DNA of 64,000 nucleotides from an uncultured Rhabdochlamydiaceae bacterium (GTDB lineage Bacteria; Chlamydiota; Chlamydiia; Chlamydiales; Rhabdochlamydiaceae): NCBI GenBank assembly GCA_963712275.1, contig CAVQHD010000001.1, positions 1,280,001 to 1,344,000 of the forward strand, read 5' to 3'. Shown piece by piece: positions 51,067 to 60,225 of this stretch (position 1 is its first letter; each line of letters starts with the position of its first letter). The notes under the pieces were generated by a model. It saw only the letters and a program-made list of their open reading frames with translations, ran no database searches and was not told where the DNA came from. The position numbers and the translations under genes were made by a program.

Positions 51067-51572
51067 TCAGGACAATGGGCTCTTTGGCAACAAGACTGGC
51101 AGTCTCGCTGAGAGCACCAAATCTTTGCATTGATAGAACAACCTCCAATTCTTCCTTTGTCGGGTTCAACCCAATGGTGTTTCTTTTGTAGATCACGTTG
51201 TGAAATAGATCTGCCACTGTGGTGCTTGTAAGAGTTGTGATCTGAAGCTCAAATATAAGGCCTGTTGTTAAATCTTTCATTGTACAAGGGATCACTTTGT
51301 AAGCTCCATCTTTGCGGATGGTGTTATATTTGTTGTCCAACTCGAGAAATTCAACTCCTTCTTTTCTAAGCACTTGAATTACTTCATAAATTTCAGAAGA
51401 AGAAGAGCAGGTAATCCGGCAGCCGCATCCATCGACAATATCAGCCGCAGTAATCGATTGCTTTGACTGCTCTAATTGGTTTTTTTCACACAAACGGCCG
51501 CATTTATCGAGGAAGGAACGGGCCGACTTCACTCTTGCTGTCACCATATGATCAGGGAAAAGCCTATTGAGT

Positions 51573-53478
51573 CCCGAGTTTGACAGCTAATCGCGTTTTT
51601 TGAGCCTGTTCCTCTATGAGGAGTCTTGGAAAAACCGGAAAATGTAATGAACACCATTGGAAAAATTTATCAATGAAAAATTGACAAAAAAGAAATGAAC
51701 ACGATATCTATGTTGTTATGTTCATAAAAATCACTAAAAATAAAAAGGGCGTCTCTTACTACCATCTTGTGGAGTCTTATCGTGATCAAGGCAAGGTGAG
51801 ACAACGTACTCTGCTGTCGCTAGGAAAAGTGGGAGAAGATGGACTCGATAAGTTGATCTCAGCCATCAGCAAACATAAAGAAATTCTTACCGCAGTCGAG
51901 GCAGCCAAATCACTCGATATTGAGGACACGTATACTCTGGGGCCTCTCTTAGCCGTGCAACATATCTTCAACCTCTTTGGTATTGATCGTATTCTCCATA
52001 AAATCACTGCACAACATCCTCAACTGGAATTCGACCTCTGTCAAGTCATTTTCACTATGATCATATGTCGTTTCCTTCGACCAAGCTCAAAGCTCAAGGT
52101 TTTCGAGCGATGGCAAGATAGGTTGTATCCAGAGATGCTTTCTAAGAAAGCCGAGTTACAGTACTTCTATCGATCCTTAGATTTTCTTAGCGATCATAAA
52201 GAACAGATAGAAAATGAGCTGTATTGGAATAATCGTAATCTACTCACCTTATCAGTCGATGTAGTCCTCTACGATCTCACCACCTTGCGTTTCGAAAGCA
52301 CCAGAGAAGACCTAGGAGAGCTTCGCCGTTTTGGATATTCCAAAGAGATGCGCAGCGATTGTACGCAAATCATACTCGGGCTACTCGTTGACACTGACGG
52401 CATTCCTCTTGGTTTTGAGGTCTACCCTGGCAATACTTTCGAGGGAGCAACTCTGGTTGATATTGTCCAACGGATACGCACCAAATTCAAAGTGCGAAGA
52501 TTTATCTTTGTGGCCGATCGAGGGCTCTTCTCTGCAAAAAATCTGGACCATATCCGAACTCTGTGCGGGCATCAAAGGGACGGAGAGTTTATCGTAGGCA
52601 TGAAACTAGGGCAGATCAAACAGCGTCATGACGAATTCTACGATCGCAACCGCTTTACCAAAGTGAACGACGGTCTAGAATGGTATGAGACAAAGCATGG
52701 CAATGACCGTTGTATCATCACATGGTCCCGTCAACGCGCTGAACGCGACAGAAAAACCCGAGAAGACATTTTAGAAAAACTCACAAAGAAGATCTTCAAG
52801 AAAAAGAAAACGACTCCCAAGGATTTTGTAACAAACAAAAACTACAACAAATACGTTGCTGGTTTACAAGATGGCACCCCTCAACTCAACAAAGAGGCAA
52901 TTGCAAAGGAAGCGCTTAAGGATGGTTTTTTTGGAGTCATCACCAATGTATCCGCGGATCAGATGAACGCGAGCGAGATCCTCACTGCGTATAAGCACCT
53001 CTGGATAGTAGAAGATGCGTTTGGAGAAATCAAAGGGACTCTCAAAACTCGTCCCCTCTATCACTGGAATGACAATCGCATTAGAGGGCACCTCACCATG
53101 TGCTTTCTCGCCTACTTTTGCGAAGCGCAGATGACTAAATTGCTCCGAGAAAAAGGAGTGATATTGGAGAGCAAGGCGATCGATGAAGGTCAGATTGGCA
53201 AGAGACCCCTAACCGTACTAGAGGCCATGCAAGAATTAGCAGAAGTAAGAGCAATGCCTGTTAAGCTCAAAGATAATCTCGTGTGGGTTAGGAACGACAT
53301 CAAAGGCAATGCTGCACAGCTTCTCAAGGCTATCGGTACGCCAATTCCTCCAAAAGTCTTAAAACATATTTCACTCTAGATCCGCCTATTCCCTTAAAAA
53401 TGTAGTGGCACACGTATTTTTATTTTTCATAAGTTGCTATAAAACAGAAACTTGCAAAAATCAGCTGTCAAACTCGGG
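51573..53478 (+). mobile_element. IS1634-family insertion sequence
   Basis: Perfect 16-bp IRs CCCGAGTTTGACAGCT; 76-bp direct repeats (51497-51572, 53479-53554). Confidence 0.93.
51718..53379 (+). CDS. IS1634 family transposase
   Basis: LVESYR..GKVRQR, LYDLTT..FE, FGYSK, VADRG, Y..LW.VEDAF..IK, RP.YHW...RIRGH..MCFLAY. Confidence 0.93.
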   Translation: MFIKITKNKKGVSYYHLVESYRDQGKVRQRTLLSLGKVGEDGLDKLISAISKHKEILTAVEAAKSLDIEDTYTLGPLLAVQHIFNLFGIDRILHKITAQHPQLEFDLCQVIFTMIICRFLRPSSKLKVFERWQDRLYPEMLSKKAELQYFYRSLDFLSDHKEQIENELYWNNRNLLTLSVDVVLYDLTTLRFESTREDLGELRRFGYSKEMRSDCTQIILGLLVDTDGIPLGFEVYPGNTFEGATLVDIVQRIRTKFKVRRFIFVADRGLFSAKNLDHIRTLCGHQRDGEFIVGMKLGQIKQRHDEFYDRNRFTKVNDGLEWYETKHGNDRCIITWSRQRAERDRKTREDILEKLTKKIFKKKKTTPKDFVTNKNYNKYVAGLQDGTPQLNKEAIAKEALKDGFFGVITNVSADQMNASEILTAYKHLWIVEDAFGEIKGTLKTRPLYHWNDNRIRGHLTMCFLAYFCEAQMTKLLREKGVILESKAIDEGQIGKRPLTVLEAMQELAEVRAMPVKLKDNLVWVRNDIKGNAAQLLKAIGTPIPPKVLKHISL

Positions 53479-54687
53479 GCCGCATTTATCGAGGAAGGAA
53501 CGGGCCGACTTCACTCTTGCTGTCACCATATGATCAGGGAAAAGCCTATTGAGTTTTTGCATCAAATGAAATAAGTCTTGCGTCATTTTAAGCTGAAGTT
53601 TTTCCAATACTTGGAATCCCTCTTTGGAAATGGCAACGACCCGATTATCGGCATCTGGAACTCTCAAAAAGACCTCGTGATCAGTGTGTATAAACTCTTT
53701 ACCTTCCATGAGACTTGGAATTTTGTCATGAGGGTAAAGATAGATTCCCTTGCGCGCGGAAGGCGTTGAGAATTGAAGCTTGTTGTTGATTTGCTCCTTT
53801 GAAACTCCCATGAGGGAATAATAATTCTCTTGGCTTACGCGTAGTTGAAAAGTATTCAGTTCGATCGTTTGAACGCCAAGAAGGTGGGTCGCTTTCTTAT
53901 GGGGATTCATTGATTGAACGACTGTGTCTACGTAAGTGGCTAAAAATGAGTTGAAAAAGCGTTGGGGCAGCAATACCAAATGTTTAGTCAAAGGACAAGC
54001 CTTTTGATCGATTTTCGTCAGGTTTCTCATGACATATCCAACCTTAGAAGATCTGACAGGGTCGCGAAGAAGTTTTTGCAGGTCCATCGGGTGTTTGTCA
54101 TCCAAGTAGAATTTTCTCAATATCCCACTTAAGACGATGCAATGCTTGGGTAAAACCAGCTGAATGGTTCTGAGCCCCACTTGATTGAGCAGGAATACAT
54201 GAGCAATTGATATGCCTTCTTCTGTTTGACGATTTTTATCCAAGACTTCAGATGAGTAAGCATGTCGGAGCTGGCAGACCTTACTTTTAACGATCGAGTG
54301 CAACTCAGAAATGTCTTCCGCTTGATCCATCGCTTGCAGCGCATCTAAGATGATTTCTGCTGCCCTTACAGGAAAAAGAATTTTTCTATTCTGTTGAAAA
54401 TCAGGCGCTTGAGTTGAACTGCGCTTGGCAAGCGTCTCCTTGCCTTGCAAGGCGATTTGGCTCACCCCCCACTCCAAAAACCGGTCGAGTGATTGCTGAA
54501 ACTGCCCGTTCATGTTGAAGCCCTTTAGCGCTAGCTTAACAATCGGATTCCCTAGGGGTCCAACAGCCTCTTGCAAGTATATAAACGGCTGCTTTTTCAA
54601 ATAAAGATTTGTATTTTGTGTCATTTAATTTCTATAAAAATTGATATAAAACATTATATAATTAATTAATAATTAAAATCAAGATAT

Positions 54688-56763
54688 TTAAAATTTTGCA
54701 TTGAGGAGTTTAATAGATGGGAAGATCCATTCACGGGTAGAGGGCGAGTATTTGTACCCAAATTCAATCTCCCAGCGACCCGTGAGCAGGGTGGAGAGCT
54801 TAATTTCGTATGCATCATATCGAGGCTCGTTTTTCCGCCCCCACCCATGATGAGATTGTAAGTAACATTTCCAAAGAGGAGAAAATCGGAATTGAAATTT
54901 CGATAAGATCGTATTGCGGCCGTCTGAAAGCGGGGAGTGGAGAAGCTCCTCAATAGGGCGCACAATATCGACGATGTAGTTATCGTGGTCTGATTTTCTC
55001 CAATCGAACCGGCTTCGGTGCCTGAATTCCAAGGTCAAGGCTGCGTTTTCACTTAAGGTCCAAGCTGATCGTAGGTTGGCCCTGTCAAAGACAAACTCCT
55101 GAAAGTTATAAATAAAGTCGGTCTCAATCAGCCAAGAGGGGTATGCGAGCTCGCAGGTCGCATACAATTTAGGCAAGGCACGGTGGAAGGCTGTCGTCCC
55201 AGCGAAAATATTGGTATATAAATCAAGGGTAGTATCAGGAAGAAAGGAGCCTTTGGAAAAGTAAAACGATTGCGTCATCCCAGGTCTGAAAAGAGATTGT
55301 TTTGCAACGCCGTCTTCGATTGTAAAGATAAAATGGTTCGAGGTTGGAATGGTCGGCGATGTTTGGCCACGGAGTTCAAGATACGGCTCGAGCCTGTGGA
55401 GCATCGATGGAAACGATCGGTATAAGGCGGAGCTTAGCCGAAACCCGTAAAGCCCAAGAGCTTGTCCTGCTCCATGATGATGCGGCGTATTACTGTAGAG
55501 AATCCCGTTAAATCCAAGCCACGGCGTCCAGCAGAGAGGTCCAAGCTCAAACCGTCGATAAGCTGTATTTCGGGTTTCTAAGCGGGCAGAACGGGAGGTG
55601 TGCAGCTCGTCGGCAAGCCCTTTTGCGTAGACATAGTTGAGGTATCCTGCTGAGAACCGATTTTCAAAAATGATCCCTGATTCCCGCAGGGGAAGAGGTC
55701 GAATGCCTACCGTTATCAAGGGAAGCTGCTGATTGATACTTTGAAACGGGTTGATTCTAGGCTGTAGAGTAAAATGAGAGACCGTATGATCTGTCAAATG
55801 AGAGACCCATAAAATCGTCCGCTTTTGCGTATTAATTTCAAAATTATCCCCCTTAAAATCCTGGGGCATTTTATCGTCGCTTAGACGGTCATAACTCAAA
55901 TGAAGCCGGGTCTTATCATCGCGGAAAGAAGATGTTAAAAGACCTTGCAGACGAAACCGCTTATTGCCATGTTCATCAGGGACAATCTTGTCATAAGCCC
56001 CGTAGTTTTTTGTCTGAAACAACGTCGTTCCATCGATAGATCGATAGTTGGTTTCAATGGCAGCGCCAGGCCCCCTTTTAAACCGGTAGTCGAGCCTGCC
56101 GAACAGACTGAATGTCTCCGTCGAGTAGAGCTCATACCGCATTGAGATTTTCTGCTTGAGCACCTGATCCCAAATAAACTTGTACCGGATGGGAGGCTCT
56201 CTTAATAGCTTAAGGTCAATCTTGAAGGTTGGAAACCAGAAAATGGGGATATTGAAAAACCGGATTTTGATATTTTTTGCCGAAAGGAGACTAGAGCTTG
56301 AAATCCCAATTTTTGAAGAATGGAGCTGCCACCACGGATTTTGACTTTCTACCGTTGTGAGATAAGCGTTGGCAATTGAGAAACTGCCATCTTTCATCAA
56401 TTCGATTTCATCGCCCCCTACAAACCAGTAGTCTGTTGCTGTCCGCCCCTGTTTCATCACTCCTGTTCTTTCCATCAAGTCATAGTCGAGCTCATCCCCC
56501 ACGAAGATACGTCCTTGATATTCAAGTAAAAGGTTACCACTTGCATGGACTTTTTTGATTTGCAGCCCATTTTCTGTCTTATGGGTGTAGGCGATATGTT
56601 CTGCCTGAATCCGGATGTCGGGCCCGGTGATCACCCCCCCCTCATCAGACGAGATAGTCCCCTGGGAAAATAAGGGATTTTTAAGCTGAATGTCAAAATC
56701 GTCCGCTCCCAAAAAAGAGGCCGCGCCTAAGAAAAAAGAGATAAGTAATTTTTTTAATCGCAT
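54688..56763 (-). CDS. LptD/OstA-like outer-membrane LPS assembly protein
   Basis: Signal peptide, N-terminal OstA-like region (ASGN, GDELDYD, PIFWFP), beta-barrel-like C-terminus ending in F. Confidence 0.7.
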   Translation of the reverse strand: MRLKKLLISFFLGAASFLGADDFDIQLKNPLFSQGTISSDEGGVITGPDIRIQAEHIAYTHKTENGLQIKKVHASGNLLLEYQGRIFVGDELDYDLMERTGVMKQGRTATDYWFVGGDEIELMKDGSFSIANAYLTTVESQNPWWQLHSSKIGISSSSLLSAKNIKIRFFNIPIFWFPTFKIDLKLLREPPIRYKFIWDQVLKQKISMRYELYSTETFSLFGRLDYRFKRGPGAAIETNYRSIDGTTLFQTKNYGAYDKIVPDEHGNKRFRLQGLLTSSFRDDKTRLHLSYDRLSDDKMPQDFKGDNFEINTQKRTILWVSHLTDHTVSHFTLQPRINPFQSINQQLPLITVGIRPLPLRESGIIFENRFSAGYLNYVYAKGLADELHTSRSARLETRNTAYRRFELGPLCWTPWLGFNGILYSNTPHHHGAGQALGLYGFRLSSALYRSFPSMLHRLEPYLELRGQTSPTIPTSNHFIFTIEDGVAKQSLFRPGMTQSFYFSKGSFLPDTTLDLYTNIFAGTTAFHRALPKLYATCELAYPSWLIETDFIYNFQEFVFDRANLRSAWTLSENAALTLEFRHRSRFDWRKSDHDNYIVDIVRPIEELLHSPLSDGRNTILSKFQFRFSPLWKCYLQSHHGWGRKNEPRYDAYEIKLSTLLTGRWEIEFGYKYSPSTREWIFPSIKLLNAKF

Positions 56764-56853
56764 AAAACCTCTAGGATACCGGGGGAAGCACTTAATTCTC
56801 GAGATTTAAGAGATGTTTTGGTATAATCCTTGTGCAACAAGAGGTAAAAACCA

Positions 56854-57702
56854 ATGACGATTAAGATTCAATCAAAAAAATTTTTAGAAGACTATACGAT
56901 AACAGCTCAAGCCAATGCTGGAACGGATTTAAACATCGATCCCAACCCAGCGGAATTTGACAGAGTGAAACATCAGATTAGCGCTGAATACCGCCCTATC
57001 ATTTTGAACTATACAGACCAGAGCTGGAATTGGGATCTCAGCTCACATCTTCACGGGGTATCCGTAGCCCCTCTACCATCCTCCGCACCCAAAACAGAGA
57101 AAGAGCGAAAAGAGGCAGAGGAAGAGGCGCGCGCTAATCGGGCAAAATGGCTGGGATTTTTGATAGCGGGAATCAGTGCTTTTTTAACAGGAAAGACATG
57201 GACCTCTTATCGGCGATATACCAACACGTTTTCTTATACGCAAAAAGTTCATCAAGCGGTTACAGAATATCTTTCACAGGAACAAAAACCTGAAGTTTAC
57301 AGCGATTTCAAGAGTCTTGTTGACCGTCAGCTTAAAGTGGATAGTCTCAATGCTGGAAAAGCTAAAAGCTATTTTTTAGCTGCGCTTGGAACTTTTATTG
57401 GAGGTGGAGTTCTGGCCGTTGGAGGATTTGCTGTGATTCCTTGGGTGATAACGGCAGGGCAAGTTATTTTAGTTGTTTCTGTTACATTTGCTCTATTCAA
57501 CTTAGGAGTTCACTGGGATGATAAAGCAACAATCCGTCAGCACAACCAGGAGATTGTGAAGTTGGCAAACCAAATTCTTGTTATGTTGCTTGCATGTGAT
57601 GATGATATGAATCTAGCATCTTGGAGCGCACCTCAGCCTTCGTTTGTACCTATCTATCCTAACCCTCAGGTTAATGCTACCGCTCCTTTTTTTGGTACAT
57701 GA
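56854..57702 (+). CDS. Inc-like membrane protein, paralog 1
   Basis: Bilobed hydrophobic domain; homologous to the next gene. Confidence 0.6.
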   Translation: MTIKIQSKKFLEDYTITAQANAGTDLNIDPNPAEFDRVKHQISAEYRPIILNYTDQSWNWDLSSHLHGVSVAPLPSSAPKTEKERKEAEEEARANRAKWLGFLIAGISAFLTGKTWTSYRRYTNTFSYTQKVHQAVTEYLSQEQKPEVYSDFKSLVDRQLKVDSLNAGKAKSYFLAALGTFIGGGVLAVGGFAVIPWVITAGQVILVVSVTFALFNLGVHWDDKATIRQHNQEIVKLANQILVMLLACDDDMNLASWSAPQPSFVPIYPNPQVNATAPFFGT

Positions 57703-57743
57703 GGAGATCTCTGCTGCGGATGAAGAGGTAAGATAAGGTATAG

Positions 57744-58559
57744 ATGTCGGCAAAAATTGACCCCCATTCTAGACAGTTCTGGGTTGGTTATGTCATGACA
57801 ATCCAACATAACGCTGGTGTTTGTTTAGGAAAAAGGATCAACCAGTACATCTTTGAAGAACGCATACTAAATGATTCGATTTCTGATCAATATCGCCCAC
57901 AGCATCTGTCTTATTTTTCAAATAAATATTTTCAAGCAGCTTTCCAAATAGTTCAGTCCATGGGCTGTTTTGTGCATACGAGCAAAGTATTAAAGGTTGT
58001 CAAGGAATTAGATAATGAAGGTCAACCTTTTTTCGTTAGGGGAGAAGAAACTCTCAAAAGAATAGAAGCGCAAACTAAGCTGAAACAGGATCTTGCTGAG
58101 CTTGTTAAGCAGCAGTTCGAAGTGGATAAGCTCAATGGAGGAAAAGGTGTAGATTATTGCTTAGCGGTGCTTATGGCTCTCACTGGGATTTGCCTATTTG
58201 CAATTGGAAAGTTAACACGGATTTCACGCATATCTGCTATTGGTCAAGAGGCTCTAACCTGTTCTGTTTTAGCTGCGGCAATCAGTTTTGCCCGTCATTC
58301 GGGAGATGAAAAGAAGATTCGGAAAGCATATGAGGCAATTGTAGGAGATAAAGATATCAGAGGATTGGCAGATACCGTTCTCCTTCAGCTTGATTCTTTT
58401 GATCAAGAAATGAAATACCTTTCCAGGCCTTCTCCTGCTTGTTCTTATCAACCTCTTTGGTATGACAGGCCAGCTTATAGAGGAGGACTGCTCTGGGAGC
58501 TTGTTCATACGGCTAGCGACAGGCAATCTGCCTTCTCTCCAGCGCAATTCGATGAATGA
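57744..58559 (+). CDS. Inc-like membrane protein, paralog 2
   Basis: LVKQQFEVDKLNGGK..Y.LA...GQ...H..D...IR aligns with paralog 1. Confidence 0.6.
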   Translation: MSAKIDPHSRQFWVGYVMTIQHNAGVCLGKRINQYIFEERILNDSISDQYRPQHLSYFSNKYFQAAFQIVQSMGCFVHTSKVLKVVKELDNEGQPFFVRGEETLKRIEAQTKLKQDLAELVKQQFEVDKLNGGKGVDYCLAVLMALTGICLFAIGKLTRISRISAIGQEALTCSVLAAAISFARHSGDEKKIRKAYEAIVGDKDIRGLADTVLLQLDSFDQEMKYLSRPSPACSYQPLWYDRPAYRGGLLWELVHTASDRQSAFSPAQFDE

Positions 58560-58723
58560 GATCCCTTTAGAATCAAGCAAAATCTTCACGTGATTGCCTT
58601 GTCAGAAGGCCCTAGTATAATATCGTTCTTGGAATTGTCTTATTTTAAATAACTTATTATTTAATTGATTTTATTAAATATATTGTATATAATATTTATT
58701 ATTAATAATAAAGGTGGTGAGAT

Positions 58724-60079
58724 ATGATGGTTTTAACAAGATTCATTGGCCTGTCCTGGGCTGAGATCCCAGCTGCTATTGAACAAGTTGGACGTGGCGA
58801 ATATGTCTCTCGGGTACAGCGGCAATGGAGTGTCTATGCATTACCTTATCAAGAAGCCGATCAAGATACTTATCAGGAAGCTAATCATCAAGATAAAGTT
58901 TTTCCGCTTGCGATTGCCCGATTTGATTTTATAGCTCAGCAAGATGAAGTAACCTACAAACATGAGATTTCAAAATTTCTTTTAACACCGAAAGTCTTAG
59001 AGGGGATGGCTCGTGCTAGCCACGGGACTATTAAAGTATATTTTCCTGAACAATTTCCAGATATTATTCTTAAACAAGCAGAACTTGAGTGTGAACGTCG
59101 TTTAGAACGCATGCGTTGTGCTCGTGCAATTTGCTCAAAAATTGAAGGTGGATCAACTCTTCTTGTTATTCCAAAAGATCTTGGAGTTGTAAACAATGAC
59201 TATCTTATTGAAGAAAGACTTCCCCTCCAACATATTCCAACGTTTGATCAGCAGCGGCTATATGTAGCACATCAACAAGAACTAAATCCAGTTATTTGCG
59301 CATTTGTCCATTTTATTTTTCAATCTAACCTATCTGATTTAGTGCAATATCACAACAAACAGTGCTTTCCTCGAGGATATCCAAAACCCCGTTTTGATAA
59401 TGTTCCTTTTTTCATGACAGACGAAGGACTAAAGATTGGCTTAATTGATCTAGAGACTATGAAGGTCATCCCGAAAGAACCCTCTACTAGTAGCCTACTA
59501 GGACTTGTTTATATGTATCCTTATCATAGAAGTGCGATTATGCAGGTCGCTTCCTCATATTTTTCATCTAAACAACTTGAAGGTATTAATGAACAGATCA
59601 GTGCATCAGAATTGGAGGGCAAAAAACTTATCCAAATAGGCTATATAGATTTACAAACTTATCTAAAAAGTAGGCGGCATTCCAAGATATGTCTCACGAC
59701 AAGGATAAAAAATGCTATTATTGAAGAGATCAAATTGGCCATAAAAACATCTCAAGAATACAATAATCCTCTAACAACAGCTGAAGAGGACATACTCAAG
59801 CAAGCATTAGATCAAATTGTCGTAGAGCTGAATAGGGTGAAAGATTCTAGCAATGCAAACCATGCAAATAAAGGGCCTTTGTATTGTTTTAATACAAGTG
59901 TATTCAGTTCGCTAGAAAACACGCTTTATTATCTGGAAAAGAGTTTTTATGGACCTGATCGCAAGATTCTTAAGGGTGATGGAATAACGCTTGTTTTTTA
60001 TTTACTCCAAAAGTTGGAAAACCATAAGGTCTTTTATCAGTGTAGTATCAATGGCTTTTCTGCAATTTTAGTCGCTTAG
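58724..60079 (+). CDS. Hypothetical protein with atypical kinase-like motifs
   Basis: KVYF...IILK, LIEERLP, RFDNVPF, IGLIDLE. Confidence 0.5.
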   Translation: MMVLTRFIGLSWAEIPAAIEQVGRGEYVSRVQRQWSVYALPYQEADQDTYQEANHQDKVFPLAIARFDFIAQQDEVTYKHEISKFLLTPKVLEGMARASHGTIKVYFPEQFPDIILKQAELECERRLERMRCARAICSKIEGGSTLLVIPKDLGVVNNDYLIEERLPLQHIPTFDQQRLYVAHQQELNPVICAFVHFIFQSNLSDLVQYHNKQCFPRGYPKPRFDNVPFFMTDEGLKIGLIDLETMKVIPKEPSTSSLLGLVYMYPYHRSAIMQVASSYFSSKQLEGINEQISASELEGKKLIQIGYIDLQTYLKSRRHSKICLTTRIKNAIIEEIKLAIKTSQEYNNPLTTAEEDILKQALDQIVVELNRVKDSSNANHANKGPLYCFNTSVFSSLENTLYYLEKSFYGPDRKILKGDGITLVFYLLQKLENHKVFYQCSINGFSAILVA

Positions 60080-60225
60080 GTCTTCAATTACTGCAGTGTA
60101 CGAATAAGCAGGCCGGCGAGGGCATACCTGTTCTTGGGGTGGCCGCTTCGGAGGCCTTGGAGGAGGATTTCGATCTCTTGCTCGTCGTACTAAGGCTTCT
60201 ATCTTTAAGACAGAGAAAATAGTCT

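Larger units (their letters stand above)
49638..54624 (-). pseudogene. RelA/SpoT synthetase-domain protein interrupted by IS1634 and ISAs1
   Basis: Joining 54624-53479, 51496-51067 and 49741-49638 gives 1680 bp in frame (559 aa) with RVKS..S..DK, DGCGCRI, GAYK, ELQITT, HNVIYK. Confidence 0.85.

Noticed and set aside
51029..51547. Independent 172-aa gene (likewise 53461..54624)
   Set aside because: Both are fragments of one IS-interrupted gene; their C-termini come from IS ends
58602..58613. TCAGAAGGCCCT matching the ISAs1 terminus
   Set aside because: Only 12 bp with no partner end or TSD; could be chance
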